From Candidatus Saccharimonadota bacterium (lineage in GTDB: Bacteria; Pseudomonadota; Gammaproteobacteria; Enterobacterales; Enterobacteriaceae), in the NCBI GenBank assembly GCA_041941765.1, contig CP145869.1, positions 90,001 through 122,000 of the forward strand: a stretch of DNA of 32,000 nucleotides, written 5' to 3'. Positions 19,813 through 30,225 of this stretch are shown in pieces. The translations under genes and the position numbers were made by a program. The notes under the pieces are model-generated. The model saw only the letters and a program-made list of their open reading frames with translations, was not told the DNA's origin and made no database searches. Each line of letters opens with the position of its first letter. Position 1 is the stretch's first letter.

Positions 19813-21513
19813 TTAATTCATAAAACTAGGAGCATTTGTCATTAAGCAAGTAGCAGTCGTAGTTTTTGGAAAAGCTATAACATCTTTAATATTAGTAGTA
19901 TTAGTTAATAACATGACCAATCGATCTAATCCTAAAGCAATTCCTGCATGTGGTGGAGTACCATATTGTAGTGCCTTTAGAAAAAATCCAAACTGATCAT
20001 TTTGCTGTTTGTCACTCATTCCTAATAGAGAAAAAATAACTCTTTGCATCTCAATTGTATTGATACGAACTGAACCACTACCAATTTCATAACCATTAAT
20101 TATAAGATCATATGTATCAGATAAAATTTTTTTAGGTTGATTCAAAATATCTTCTTTTGTTGTCATTTGAGATGGAGCTGTAAAAGGATGGTGTACAGAT
20201 TTTAGGTTTCCATGTTCATCTTCTGAAAAGAGAGGAAAATTAATTATCCATAAAGGACACCACGAATTTTTATTAATTAATTGTAATTCTTGTCCTATTT
20301 TAATACGTAAAATTCCTAATATATATGAAACCATTTGGAAACTACCTGAACAAAAAAAAATAATATCGTTATTAATAGCATTTGTACGATGTATAACGGC
20401 CTGGATTAAATTTATTGGTAATTTAATGTTGTCATGTTGGGCTATATCTTCTTGTTTGTTATTAACTGCAATCCAGTCTATAAATTGTACATCTAATTTA
20501 GCACTAAATTTTTTTCTATATTCTTCTATGAAAGTTAATATTTTTGTACCATTAGGAATATGAAGTACAGCAAATCGTTCTTTAATTAAATGATCTTGTA
20601 AACCAAAAAGTCTTGCTAAATCAATAATATCTACTAATGATAAAGGATTTCGTAAATCTGGTTTATCAGATCCATATCTTCGCATAGCTTCATTAAAAGT
20701 AATAACTGGAAAAGTATTATCTAATTCAATATTATTTATCTTTTTCCATAAACCACGTATCATTTGTTCTAACATCTTACGGATACTAGTAGATGATAAA
20801 AAAGATACTTCTAGATCGATTTGAGTAAATTCTGGTTGACGATCAGTTCTTAGATCTTCATCACGAAAACATTTAACAATCTGATAATAACGATCAAAAC
20901 CTGAAATCATTAATAATTGCTTAAATAGTTGTGGTGATTGAGGTAAAGCATAATATTTACCCTTATGTATACGACTGGGAATTAAATAATCTCTAGCTCC
21001 TTCAGGAGTTGCACGAGTTAAAATAGGAGTTTCAATTTCTATAAATTCATTAGATTCTAAAAAATTTCGTATAAAAATAACACTTTGTGCTCGTATTTTT
21101 AATCTTTTCGCTATATCAACACGACGTAAATCTAAATAACGATATTTTAAACGTATGTCTTCATTATTAATTTTATTAAGATCTATTGGTAAAGGCTTAG
21201 AAGGATTTATAATAATAAGTTCGCTAGCATGAACTTCTATAGTTCCAGTTTCTTTATAGTAGTTGATATTTTTATTTTGTCGTAAACCAACTATTCCTTT
21301 TACTTGGATACAATATTCATTTCTCAATTCAATAGCTTTATTAAAAAGTTCTGGAAATTTAGATTCAAAAACAATTTGAACTGTTCCTTTACAATCACGT
21401 AACTCAATAAAGAGTATTTTACGTATATTACGAGAATGATGTACCCAACCACATAAAATTACATCCTGACCAATATCTTGAGAGGTAAGTTGACCACAAT
21501 ATTTAGTACGCAT
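19813..21513 (-). CDS. aspS: Aspartate--tRNA ligase
   Basis: MRT.YCGQL, RLKYRYLDLRR, TPEGARDYL.PSR.HKGK.YALPQSPQLFKQLLM.SGFDRYYQIVKCFRDEDLR.DRQPEFTQID.E, RYGSDKPDLRNP, YGTPPHAG.A.GLDRL.MLLT and DVIAFPKTT.A.CLMT.APS are colinear with E. coli AspRS. Confidence 0.97.
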   Translation of the reverse strand: MRTKYCGQLTSQDIGQDVILCGWVHHSRNIRKILFIELRDCKGTVQIVFESKFPELFNKAIELRNEYCIQVKGIVGLRQNKNINYYKETGTIEVHASELIIINPSKPLPIDLNKINNEDIRLKYRYLDLRRVDIAKRLKIRAQSVIFIRNFLESNEFIEIETPILTRATPEGARDYLIPSRIHKGKYYALPQSPQLFKQLLMISGFDRYYQIVKCFRDEDLRTDRQPEFTQIDLEVSFLSSTSIRKMLEQMIRGLWKKINNIELDNTFPVITFNEAMRRYGSDKPDLRNPLSLVDIIDLARLFGLQDHLIKERFAVLHIPNGTKILTFIEEYRKKFSAKLDVQFIDWIAVNNKQEDIAQHDNIKLPINLIQAVIHRTNAINNDIIFFCSGSFQMVSYILGILRIKIGQELQLINKNSWCPLWIINFPLFSEDEHGNLKSVHHPFTAPSQMTTKEDILNQPKKILSDTYDLIINGYEIGSGSVRINTIEMQRVIFSLLGMSDKQQNDQFGFFLKALQYGTPPHAGIALGLDRLVMLLTNTTNIKDVIAFPKTTTATCLMTNAPSFMN

Positions 21514-21661
21514 AATTACTTCCTTTAAGTTTTAAAAATATTATAATTATAAATAGTTAGAGAGAGTAATATTATCGATGTAAAAACTATATATGTTTTT
21601 CAATATTGTTATATACAACACTTGACTGTTTTAACTAACTAATTAAGATTTTTAAATAAAA

Positions 21662-22405
21662 ATGCAGAAGTACGATCAAATTTTTTCTTTACCTTTGACA
21701 AAAAGTCAATGGAGTTTTGATGAAGATGTAACCCAAGTTTTTTCTAATATGATTAAACGTTCTATTCCAGGCTATTCAATTATTATTAATATGATTGGAA
21801 AATTATCACAAAAATTTGTAAAAAACCATACTCAGATTTATGATCTGGGATGTTCTTTGGGTGATATAGCAATCTCTATTCAAAAAAATCTACAAGCTAA
21901 TAAGAGTAAGGGTTGTCAAATCATTGCTATTGATAATTCTCCCTCTATGATTACTCAGTTGAAACAGAAGATCAAACAACAAAAAACCATCTATAGTACT
22001 ATCATTAAAATTATTGAAAATGACATAAATAAGAGTATTATTAGAAATGCTTCGATGGTAGTATTAAATTTTACCTTACAATTTATCCCCTTAGAAAAAA
22101 GAGAACATCTTCTCAAATCTATTTTTGCAGGTCTTAATTCAGAAGGAGTGCTAATTATTTCTGAAAAATTTAAGTTTAATAATTATCGCATTGATCAAAT
22201 AATTACAAATCTATATTATGATTTTAAAAAAAATCATGGATATAGTGATTTTGAAATTATTCAAAAACAGAATTTATTGAAAAAAGTTATGATAATTGAG
22301 ACAATTGAAAATCAGATCAAAACTCTTCAAAAAATTGGATTTGTACATGTTGATTTATGGTTCCAATATTTAAATTTTGGATCGTTAATAGCAATTAAAA
22401 ATTAA
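21662..22405 (+). CDS. cmoA: Carboxy-S-adenosyl-L-methionine synthase (cmo5U34 pathway)
   Basis: W.FDE.V..VF..MI.RS.PGYS.II.MIG, YDLGCSLG, IIAIDNSP.MI, NASMVVLNFTLQF, GYS..EI.QK and LWFQ..NFGSL.A.K align with E. coli CmoA. Confidence 0.93.
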   Translation: MQKYDQIFSLPLTKSQWSFDEDVTQVFSNMIKRSIPGYSIIINMIGKLSQKFVKNHTQIYDLGCSLGDIAISIQKNLQANKSKGCQIIAIDNSPSMITQLKQKIKQQKTIYSTIIKIIENDINKSIIRNASMVVLNFTLQFIPLEKREHLLKSIFAGLNSEGVLIISEKFKFNNYRIDQIITNLYYDFKKNHGYSDFEIIQKQNLLKKVMIIETIENQIKTLQKIGFVHVDLWFQYLNFGSLIAIKN

Positions 22406-22410
22406 TTAAT

Positions 22411-23376
22411 ATGAACTTTAATAGTTTTTATAAAATTCTTATTCAAGAACATTTTCTTAAATGGTTAGAAATCTTACCTACTCAATTAAATAAATTTAAA
22501 TCTACATCCTTCAAAGGTTTATTGAAAGATTGGTATAAAATTGTTCTTAAGATACCTATAATTATACCCGAATTATTAGATTTAAAAAATAATATTACTG
22601 CTATAAATAATAATATTTGTAATAATACAATTATTATGATTGAAAAATTACTGCAGAGATTAGTACCTTGGCGTAAAGGACCTTTTTTTCTTTACGGAAT
22701 AAACATTGATGCTGAATGGTGTTCAAATTTAAAATGGGAAAGAGTTTTTAAACATATATCTTCATTAGCTGGTCGTCGGGTATTAGATGTGGGATGTGGA
22801 AATGGTTATTATCTTTTACGTATGCTTGGTGCTGATGCTAAATTAACTATTGGTGTGGATCCTAATCTTTTATCTTGTTTTCAATTTCAAGCAATTAAAA
22901 AATTATTAGGTAATAATTTATCGGCATATTTATTACCTTTGTCTTTAGAACAACTTCCCTCATCCGAAACATTTGATACAGTTTTTTCTATGGGAGTAAT
23001 TTATCATAAAAGATCACCCTTAGATCATTTAAGGGACCTAAAAAATCAATTAATTTCGGGAGGAGAATTAATACTTGAAACTCTTATTTTAACAGGAGAA
23101 GAATCAAAAATCTTTATGCCTAGTAAACGGTATGCTAATATGCGTAATATTTGGTTTATTCCTTCAGCTACTGCACTAACAATTTGGTTAGATAGATGTG
23201 GTTTTCAAAATATTCGTATAGTTGATTATACAAAAACTACTTCATTAGAACAACGTTGTACTTCTTGGGCAAATGTTAATTCATTATCTGATTGTTTAGA
23301 TCCAAAAAATGCCAATCAAACTATCGAAGGATACCCTGCACCATTACGAGCAATCATTATTGCTAGAAAATCATAA
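22411..23376 (+). CDS. cmoB: tRNA U34 carboxymethyltransferase (cmo5U34 pathway)
   Basis: PWRKGPF.LYG.NID.EW.S..KW.RV, LDVGCGNGY, FDTVFSMGV.YH.RSPL.HL, GEL.LETL, RYA.MRN..FIPSA.AL and EGYPAP.RA..IARK align with E. coli CmoB. It starts 5 nt after cmoA. Confidence 0.94.
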   Translation: MNFNSFYKILIQEHFLKWLEILPTQLNKFKSTSFKGLLKDWYKIVLKIPIIIPELLDLKNNITAINNNICNNTIIMIEKLLQRLVPWRKGPFFLYGINIDAEWCSNLKWERVFKHISSLAGRRVLDVGCGNGYYLLRMLGADAKLTIGVDPNLLSCFQFQAIKKLLGNNLSAYLLPLSLEQLPSSETFDTVFSMGVIYHKRSPLDHLRDLKNQLISGGELILETLILTGEESKIFMPSKRYANMRNIWFIPSATALTIWLDRCGFQNIRIVDYTKTTSLEQRCTSWANVNSLSDCLDPKNANQTIEGYPAPLRAIIIARKS

Positions 23377-23400
23377 GGAATATTTATAAGGATTGTAGAC

Positions 23401-25146
23401 ATGAATATTCAAGCTATTATTAATGAAAAACTTAGACAAGCACTAATGAAAATAGGAATACATAACTCTAAAGAGATAAATGTATATCAATCAATAAAAG
23501 CTAATTTTGGTGATTATCAAATTAATGGCATTATAGCTTTAGCTAAACGATTACATATTTCCCCTCAACATTTAGCAAAACAAATTATCCAAAATATACA
23601 TATTAATGATATTGCTAATCGAATTTGGATTGCTAATTCATGTTATATTAATATTTTTTTAAAGAGTAATTGGTTAGCTAAAGAAATAGACAAAGCATTA
23701 ATCCTTCCTAATTTAGGTATAACCAAAGTTAATCCTCAACAAATTGTAATTGATTATTCAGGTCCTAATGTAGCGAAAGAAATGCATATTGGTCATCTTA
23801 GATCAACTATTATTGGAGATGCCATTGCTAGAACATTAGAATTTTTAGGTCATAATGTAATTCGTGCTAATCATATAGGAGATTGGGGAATGCCTTTTGG
23901 CATGTTAATTGCTCTGATGGAAAAAAAACATAAGACTTTTAATAAAGATATAACACTTATAGATCTAGAACATTTATATCGTGAAGCTAAAAGTTATTCT
24001 GAAACAGATATAATGTTTGCTAAACAGGCAAGTGATTATGTTGTGAAATTACAACAGGGAGATTTTAAATGTCTTAAGTTATGGAAATTTCTTGTAGATA
24101 TTAGTATGAAAAAAAATCAAACTATATATAATCGGCTCAATGTGACTCTAACTAGTAATGATGTAATGGGAGAAAGTATTTATAATGAAATGTTACCAAA
24201 TATAATTAGAGATTTAAAATCTAAGGGATTAGCAAAAGAAAGTGAAGGAGCTATAGTTGTTTTTCTAGAGGAATTGAAAAATAAAAAAGGTAATCCCATG
24301 GGCGTCATTATTCAAAAAAAAGATGGAGCATATTTATATACTACAACTGATATAGCATGTATAAAATATCGTTATGAAAAATTTCATGCAGATCGCATTA
24401 TTTATTACATTGATTCCCGTCAACACCAACATTTAACACAGGTCTGGACTATTGCACGTAAAGCTGGTTATATTCCTGAATATGTTTCTCTTGAACATCA
24501 TATGTTTGGTATGATCTTAGGTAAAGATGAAAAACCATTTAAAACTCGTACAGGTGAAACAATTAAATTATTAGATTTATTAAATGAAGCTGTATTTCGA
24601 GCTAAAAGGGTTCTTTTATCTAAAAATCCTAATTTATCTTCAGACGAGATTACAAAAATAGCAGATGTTATTGGTATTGGTGCCATAAAATATGCTGATT
24701 TATCTAAGAATCGTCTGACAAATTACGTATTTGATTGGGATCAAATGTTATCTTTTGATGGAAATACAGCACCATATATACAATATGCTTATACACGTGC
24801 AACTTCGATTGTGAGAAAAGCATTAATAAACGAATCTGATAATAAATTATTATTAATTAATGAAAAAATAGAACTTTCCAATGAATTGGAACGATTATTC
24901 GCTGTACGTCTCCTACAGTTCGAAGAAATTATAACTAAAGTAGCTCTCAATGGAACACCACATATAATGTGTGCTTATTTATATAATTTAGCTACTTTAT
25001 TTTCTAATTTTTATGAAAAAGAACCAATTATAAGAATTTCGCATTCGATAATAAAAAAAAGTCGTTTAAAATTAGTAAAATTGTTTATTAAAACTATAGC
25101 ATTAGGATTAAATACTTTAGGAATTAAAACTATAGATCGAATGTAA
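23401..25146 (+). CDS. argS: Arginine--tRNA ligase
   Basis: [119 protein letters not shown] and the C-terminal SRLKL...LGI.T..RM are colinear with E. coli ArgRS. Confidence 0.97.
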   Translation: MNIQAIINEKLRQALMKIGIHNSKEINVYQSIKANFGDYQINGIIALAKRLHISPQHLAKQIIQNIHINDIANRIWIANSCYINIFLKSNWLAKEIDKALILPNLGITKVNPQQIVIDYSGPNVAKEMHIGHLRSTIIGDAIARTLEFLGHNVIRANHIGDWGMPFGMLIALMEKKHKTFNKDITLIDLEHLYREAKSYSETDIMFAKQASDYVVKLQQGDFKCLKLWKFLVDISMKKNQTIYNRLNVTLTSNDVMGESIYNEMLPNIIRDLKSKGLAKESEGAIVVFLEELKNKKGNPMGVIIQKKDGAYLYTTTDIACIKYRYEKFHADRIIYYIDSRQHQHLTQVWTIARKAGYIPEYVSLEHHMFGMILGKDEKPFKTRTGETIKLLDLLNEAVFRAKRVLLSKNPNLSSDEITKIADVIGIGAIKYADLSKNRLTNYVFDWDQMLSFDGNTAPYIQYAYTRATSIVRKALINESDNKLLLINEKIELSNELERLFAVRLLQFEEIITKVALNGTPHIMCAYLYNLATLFSNFYEKEPIIRISHSIIKKSRLKLVKLFIKTIALGLNTLGIKTIDRM

Positions 25147-25170
25147 CATTATCATAATCTAATATAGATA

Positions 25171-25259
25171 GGTGAGGTGTCCGAGAGGTTGAAGGAGCAT
25201 GCTTGGAAAGCATGTATATGTTTAATAATGTATCGTGGGTTCGAATCCCTCCCTCACCG
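25171..25259 (+). tRNA. tRNA-Ser (anticodon GGA), class II with a long variable arm
   Basis: The acceptor stem is GGTGAGG/CCTCACC with discriminator G. The anticodon stem is CATGC/GCATG around the loop TTGGAAA, giving anticodon GGA. The T-loop is TTCGAAT. The sequence closely parallels E. coli tRNA-Ser(GGA) (serW/serX). The 3' CCA is not encoded, since the next bases are TCC. Confidence 0.9.
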
Positions 25260-25431
25260 TCCTAATATAAGAATTCATCAATTATTAATCCATTATAAAA
25301 ACCCTTTGAATATATATAATTTTAAAAATAATGATTTTTATATATAAAATAACAATTAAATTACATTCTATGTTAAAATTATTAACAATAATTAAAGAAG
25401 TTTTTCATATAATGAAAGAAGGAGAAGAAAT

Positions 25432-28400
25432 ATGATTACATTATGCGTGAAGCTCAATAAAATTCTGCATAATAGAATTAATACAGCTGCGCAGAATGTT
25501 AATTGTACTTCAGAAGATTTGATAAAACAAGCTATATTAAACTATTTAGACACTTTAGAAAATGAGACTAAATTATCTAATTTAACCTTAGAATCATCAT
25601 CAGATCTTAAAGTAAACAATTTAAAATCTTCAGTAGAAACACCTCTCTATCAACCATTTCATGAGTTATCAAAACAAATTAGAAAACAATCAAAAAAAAG
25701 AGATTTAATTACTTTAGCATGGACAGTATCAGAACAGAAAATAGTTCCATTATTACTAGAACAAGTCCGTCAATCTACCACTAACTTAGAAGATAAAATC
25801 AAAACATTAGCTGTTCTCTTAGTTACTAATCTACGTAATCCAAAAACTAGTTCTAGTCGTATAGATACTATGCAAAAAATATTACATGAATTTTCTTTAT
25901 CTTCTCCTGAAGGTATTTCTTTAATGTGTTTAGCAGAAGCTCTGTTACGAATTCCTGATAAACCAACACGTGATGCACTAATTAGGGATAAAATTGGTAA
26001 AGGAAATTGGCAAGCCCATTTAGGTGCTAGTGATTCATTATTCGTAAATGCTACAACTTGGGGATTATTAATTACAGGACACTTGATTAATTATAATCCG
26101 AGCAACTTATCATCTTTATTAAATAAAATTATACTAAATAGTGGAGAACCTATTATTCGTAAAAGTATGGATATAGCAATTCGAATAATGGGTAAAAATT
26201 TTATAATTGGTGAAAATATTTCAGAAGCATTATCTCGTTCAAAAAAATTAGAACTTCAAGGATTTCGTTATTCTTATGATATGCTTGGAGAAGCAGCACT
26301 AACATATCAAAATGCTCAAGAGTATTTGAATTCTTATCAAGAAGCAATTCATGCTATAGGAAAAGCTTCAGATGGTAGAGGAATTTATGAAGGACCAGGA
26401 ATTTCTATTAAACTATCAGCTTTACATCCTCGCTATAATCGAAGCCAATATGATCGAATTATGAATGAATTATATACAACCTTAAAACAATTAACATTAT
26501 TAGCACGACAATATGATATAGCAATTAATATTGATGCAGAAGAAGCCGATAGATTAGAACTATCATTAGATATGTTAGAAAAACTTTGTTTTGAACCTGA
26601 GTTAGCTGGATGGAATGGAATTGGTTTTGTTATTCAATCATATCAAAAACGTTGTCCTTTTGTAATAGATTCAATTATAGATTTAGCTCAACGTAGTAAG
26701 CATCGCTTAATGATTAGATTAGTAAAAGGTGCTTATTGGGATACTGAAATTAAACGAGCTCAAATAGATGGATTAAAAGATTATCCAGTATATACTCGTA
26801 AAGTATATACTGATATTTCTTATCTAGCATGTGCACGAAAATTACTGGATGTACCACAGTTAATTTATCCGCAATTTGCTACTCATAATGCTCATACTTT
26901 AGCTGCTATATACTATTTAGCGGGTCAGAATTATTATTCAGGACAATATGAATTTCAGTGCTTACATGGAATGGGAGAAAATTTATACAATCAAATAGTA
27001 GGTGGTTCAATATTAAAAGGAAACATGACTAGACCATGTCGTATTTATGCTCCTATTGGTAGTTATGAAAAATTACTTTCGTATTTAGTTAGACGTCTCT
27101 TAGAAAATGGATCTAATACTTCTTTTGTTAACCGTTTAGCAAATAAGTCGGTCTCAATTGAAGAACTTATTTCTAATCCAATCGAAATAGTTGATAAACT
27201 CTCATCTACAGAAGGAACTATAGGATTACCAAATCCTAAAATTCCATTACCTATAAATTTATATGGAGCGGAACGGCTTAATTCTATTGGAATAAATTTA
27301 AATAATGAAAAAGATTTATCATTATTATCTACTGAATTATTAAAAAATAGCACAAAAAAATGGTATGCAACATCAATAATAAAAGGAACAGTAGATGAAG
27401 AAGAATGTAATCGTAAAATTATTAATCCTGCAGAACACAATGATATTGTAGGTTATGCTCGTGATGTAACGGCAAAAGAAGTTAGTTCATTAATTACCAT
27501 TGCTGAAAAATCCTCAAAGGTATGGTCAGCTTTAGAAATTAAACAAAGAATATCGATTTTAAATAATGCTGCTATATTAATGCAAAATCGTATAAACCTA
27601 TTAATAAGTCTTTTAGTTCGTGAAGCAGGAAAAACACTTAGTAATGCCATTTCTGAAGTACGTGAAGCGATAGATTTTCTACGTTATTACTCAAGTAAAA
27701 TACATAATTTTAATAATCAAGACTTTATACCATTAGGTCCAGTAGTTTGTATCAGTCCTTGGAATTTTCCATTAGCAATATTTGTAGGACAAATTGCAGC
27801 AGCATTAGCAGCTGGTAATAGTGTTTTAGCCAAACCTGCGGAACAAACCCCATTAATAGCTGCTCAAGCAGTTAACATTCTATACGATGCAGGAGTACCT
27901 CATGAGGTTTTGCAACTTATTATTGGTAAAGGTAATACAATAGGATCAGCTTTGATTAAAAATAATCTAGTAAAAGGGGTAATTTTTACCGGATCTACAA
28001 CAGTAGCTACATCCATTCAAAAAATTCTAGCTGAACGCATTGAAAAAAAGAGTATTCCTTTTATTGCTGAAACTGGAGGCCTAAATACTATGATTGTTGA
28101 TTCTTCTGCATTAACAGAGCAAGTCGTTTTAGATATTATTACTTCTGCTTTTGATAGTGCAGGTCAACGGTGTTCTGCATTACGTCTTTTATGTGTGCAA
28201 GAAGATGTAGCGGAAAAAACATTAAATATGTTACAAGGAGCCATTACAGAATATAATATTGGTAATCCAGATCAACTCAACACAGATATTGGACCAGTTA
28301 TAAATATGCAATCAAAACAAAATATTGAATTACATATTCAAACTATGAAAGCGAAAGGATTTAAAATTTATCAACCCCCATTAAAAGATTCCAATAAAAA

Positions 28401-29400
28401 TCTTAAACATGGTATATTTGTACCACCTACTTTAATTGAAATTAGTAAAATTAGTGACTTACAAACAGAAGTGTTTGGTCCTATATTACATATAGTTCGT
28501 TTTTCTAGAAAAAATCTTTCTACAATAATAGATAATATTAATGCTTCTGGATATGGTTTAACTATGGGGATTCATACACGTATTGATGACACTATGACTC
28601 AAATAATTAAAAAATCTCAAGTGGGTAATTTATACGTTAATAGAAATATTGTTGGTGCGGTAGTTGGAGTCCAACCATTTGGTGGACAAGGATTATCTGG
28701 AACTGGTCCAAAAGCAGGAGGTCCACTTTATCTGTATAAATTGCTCTCTTACTATCCTGAAGAAGCTATACATAAAACACTATTAAAATATGAACAATTT
28801 CATTCAGAAAACTATACAAAGTGTCATAAATTATTACAACCATTTGATTCTTTAATTTTATGGGCAAAACAAAATCAAAATAATTTTTTGGCTAACCTTT
28901 GTAAATCTTTTCGAGAATTATCTATTAGTAATACTCATTATCTCCTTCCTGGACCTACAGGAGAAAAGAACACTTATTCTTTATTACCTCGGAAAGGTAT
29001 ATTATGTTTAGCAGAGAATCAATCAGATTTATTAATTCAATTAGCAGCTATAGCTGCAGTTGAGAGTAAAGCAGTCTGGCTGAAAAAAGAATTTTATTAT
29101 ACGATATATAATCTTCTTCCTACCGAGATTACAAAAATCATTCATTTTATAAATCCTGAAAATATTTTTCAACCAAATCAGCTATTTGATACAGTATTAT
29201 ATCATGGTGATACATCTCAATTGCGTGAAATATGTATAAAAATGGCTAATAAAGATGGCTCAATAATACCTGTCTATGGATTTTTAAAAGGTGAGACAAA
29301 ATTATTTTTAGAGAGATTTATCTTAGAAAGAACTTTAAGTATTAATACTACAGCTGTAGGGGGAAATACGAGTTTAATTACTTTAAAAGAAAATAATTGA
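25432..29400 (+). CDS. putA: Trifunctional PutA: RHH DNA-binding domain, proline dehydrogenase and P5C dehydrogenase
   Basis: The 1322-aa product is colinear with the 1320-aa E. coli PutA. Matching blocks are the N-terminal RHH (CVKLNK...LIKQAILNYLDTLEN), PRODH (LMCLAEALLRIPDK.TRDALIRDKI, FRYSYDMLGEAALT, IYEGPGISIKLSALHPRY, LVKGAYWD.EIKRAQ), P5CDH (CISPWNFPLAIF.GQIAAALAAGNSVLAKPAEQTPLIAAQ, IAETGG.N.MIVDSSALTEQVV.D...SAFDSAGQRCSALR) and the C-terminal domain. A strong SD (AAGGAG) precedes the ATG. Confidence 0.97.
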   Translation: MITLCVKLNKILHNRINTAAQNVNCTSEDLIKQAILNYLDTLENETKLSNLTLESSSDLKVNNLKSSVETPLYQPFHELSKQIRKQSKKRDLITLAWTVSEQKIVPLLLEQVRQSTTNLEDKIKTLAVLLVTNLRNPKTSSSRIDTMQKILHEFSLSSPEGISLMCLAEALLRIPDKPTRDALIRDKIGKGNWQAHLGASDSLFVNATTWGLLITGHLINYNPSNLSSLLNKIILNSGEPIIRKSMDIAIRIMGKNFIIGENISEALSRSKKLELQGFRYSYDMLGEAALTYQNAQEYLNSYQEAIHAIGKASDGRGIYEGPGISIKLSALHPRYNRSQYDRIMNELYTTLKQLTLLARQYDIAINIDAEEADRLELSLDMLEKLCFEPELAGWNGIGFVIQSYQKRCPFVIDSIIDLAQRSKHRLMIRLVKGAYWDTEIKRAQIDGLKDYPVYTRKVYTDISYLACARKLLDVPQLIYPQFATHNAHTLAAIYYLAGQNYYSGQYEFQCLHGMGENLYNQIVGGSILKGNMTRPCRIYAPIGSYEKLLSYLVRRLLENGSNTSFVNRLANKSVSIEELISNPIEIVDKLSSTEGTIGLPNPKIPLPINLYGAERLNSIGINLNNEKDLSLLSTELLKNSTKKWYATSIIKGTVDEEECNRKIINPAEHNDIVGYARDVTAKEVSSLITIAEKSSKVWSALEIKQRISILNNAAILMQNRINLLISLLVREAGKTLSNAISEVREAIDFLRYYSSKIHNFNNQDFIPLGPVVCISPWNFPLAIFVGQIAAALAAGNSVLAKPAEQTPLIAAQAVNILYDAGVPHEVLQLIIGKGNTIGSALIKNNLVKGVIFTGSTTVATSIQKILAERIEKKSIPFIAETGGLNTMIVDSSALTEQVVLDIITSAFDSAGQRCSALRLLCVQEDVAEKTLNMLQGAITEYNIGNPDQLNTDIGPVINMQSKQNIELHIQTMKAKGFKIYQPPLKDSNKNLKHGIFVPPTLIEISKISDLQTEVFGPILHIVRFSRKNLSTIIDNINASGYGLTMGIHTRIDDTMTQIIKKSQVGNLYVNRNIVGAVVGVQPFGGQGLSGTGPKAGGPLYLYKLLSYYPEEAIHKTLLKYEQFHSENYTKCHKLLQPFDSLILWAKQNQNNFLANLCKSFRELSISNTHYLLPGPTGEKNTYSLLPRKGILCLAENQSDLLIQLAAIAAVESKAVWLKKEFYYTIYNLLPTEITKIIHFINPENIFQPNQLFDTVLYHGDTSQLREICIKMANKDGSIIPVYGFLKGETKLFLERFILERTLSINTTAVGGNTSLITLKENN

Positions 29401-29407
29401 TAATTAG

Positions 29408-30190
29408 ATGGGATTTCTCACTGGAAAGTATATCTTAATAATGGGTGTTGCTAATAGTTCTTCAATTGCTTATGGTATAGCAAAAGCTATGCATTATCAT
29501 GGAGCTAAATTAGCATTTACTTATAAAAATAAGCGTTTAAAGAATAAAGTTCAATTTTTGGCAAATCAATTACATTCAGAAATAGTTTTACCTTGTGATG
29601 TTAGTAATGATCATAAGATACAAAAAATGTTTGAAGATCTAAAAAAATATTGGCCAAATTTTGATGGTTTAGTACATTCTATAGGATATGCTCCTAAAAC
29701 TGAACTTAGTGATGATTATGTGGATAATATTAGTCGTTCAGGATTCAAAATATCACATGATATTACTTCTTATAGTTTTGTAGCTTTAGCAAAAGCATGT
29801 CGCCATATGCTTAATGATAATGCTACATTGATAACTTTATCATTTTTAGGATCACAAAGAACTATTTCTAATTATAATATAATGGGAATTGCTAAAGCTT
29901 CATTAGAAGCAAATGTTCGTTATATGGCAAATTCGATGGGTCCTACTAAAGGAATACGTGTGAATGCAATCTCTACTGGTCCAATTAAGACTCTAGCAGC
30001 GTATGGTATTAAAAATTTTAAAAAAATGTTTTCATATATCAAATCTCATTCGCCTTTGAGGCGTACAATTTCTTTAGAAGAAATTGGTAATGTTGCATCT
30101 TTTCTTTGTTCAGATTTAGCTTCAGGAATAACTGGACAAGTAATTTATGTTGATGGAGGTTTTAATATTGTATTACCACTTGAATATTAA
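29408..30190 (+). CDS. fabI: Enoyl-[acyl-carrier-protein] reductase (NADH)
   Basis: MGFL.GK.IL..GVA...SIAYGIA.AMH..GA.LAFTY, FDG.VHSIG.AP, SYSFVA.AKAC, the Tyr-Lys catalytic segment [22 protein letters not shown] and FLCSDL.SGI.G.V..VDGGF align with E. coli FabI. It starts 7 nt after the putA stop. Confidence 0.96.
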   Translation: MGFLTGKYILIMGVANSSSIAYGIAKAMHYHGAKLAFTYKNKRLKNKVQFLANQLHSEIVLPCDVSNDHKIQKMFEDLKKYWPNFDGLVHSIGYAPKTELSDDYVDNISRSGFKISHDITSYSFVALAKACRHMLNDNATLITLSFLGSQRTISNYNIMGIAKASLEANVRYMANSMGPTKGIRVNAISTGPIKTLAAYGIKNFKKMFSYIKSHSPLRRTISLEEIGNVASFLCSDLASGITGQVIYVDGGFNIVLPLEY

Positions 30191-30225
30191 TTGTATTAAA
30201 ATTAATTTTTATATATTTATTATGT

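Noticed and set aside
21622-21650. A sigma-70-like promoter for cmoA: TTGACT (21622-21627), a 16-17-nt spacer, then TAAGAT/AAGATT.
   Set aside because: The -35 is good, but the -10 is weak (4/6). The implied transcription start would leave almost no leader before the ATG at 21662. In DNA this AT-rich, such matches are frequent by chance, so I do not report it as a feature.
25260-25431. I searched for PutA operator sites (GTTGCA/TGCAAC) and a sigma-32-like element (CCCTTTGAA at about 25301) upstream of putA.
   Set aside because: Neither GTTGCA nor its complement is present. The CCCTTTGAA string has an extra T relative to CCCTTGAA, and no CCCCAT -10 partner follows it.
27063-27650. Two minus-strand ORFs (27063..27440, 125 aa; 27453..27650, 65 aa) lie antisense to putA.
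   Set aside because: They are fully embedded in a putA region that aligns continuously with E. coli PutA. They have no SD, no motifs and no independent support.
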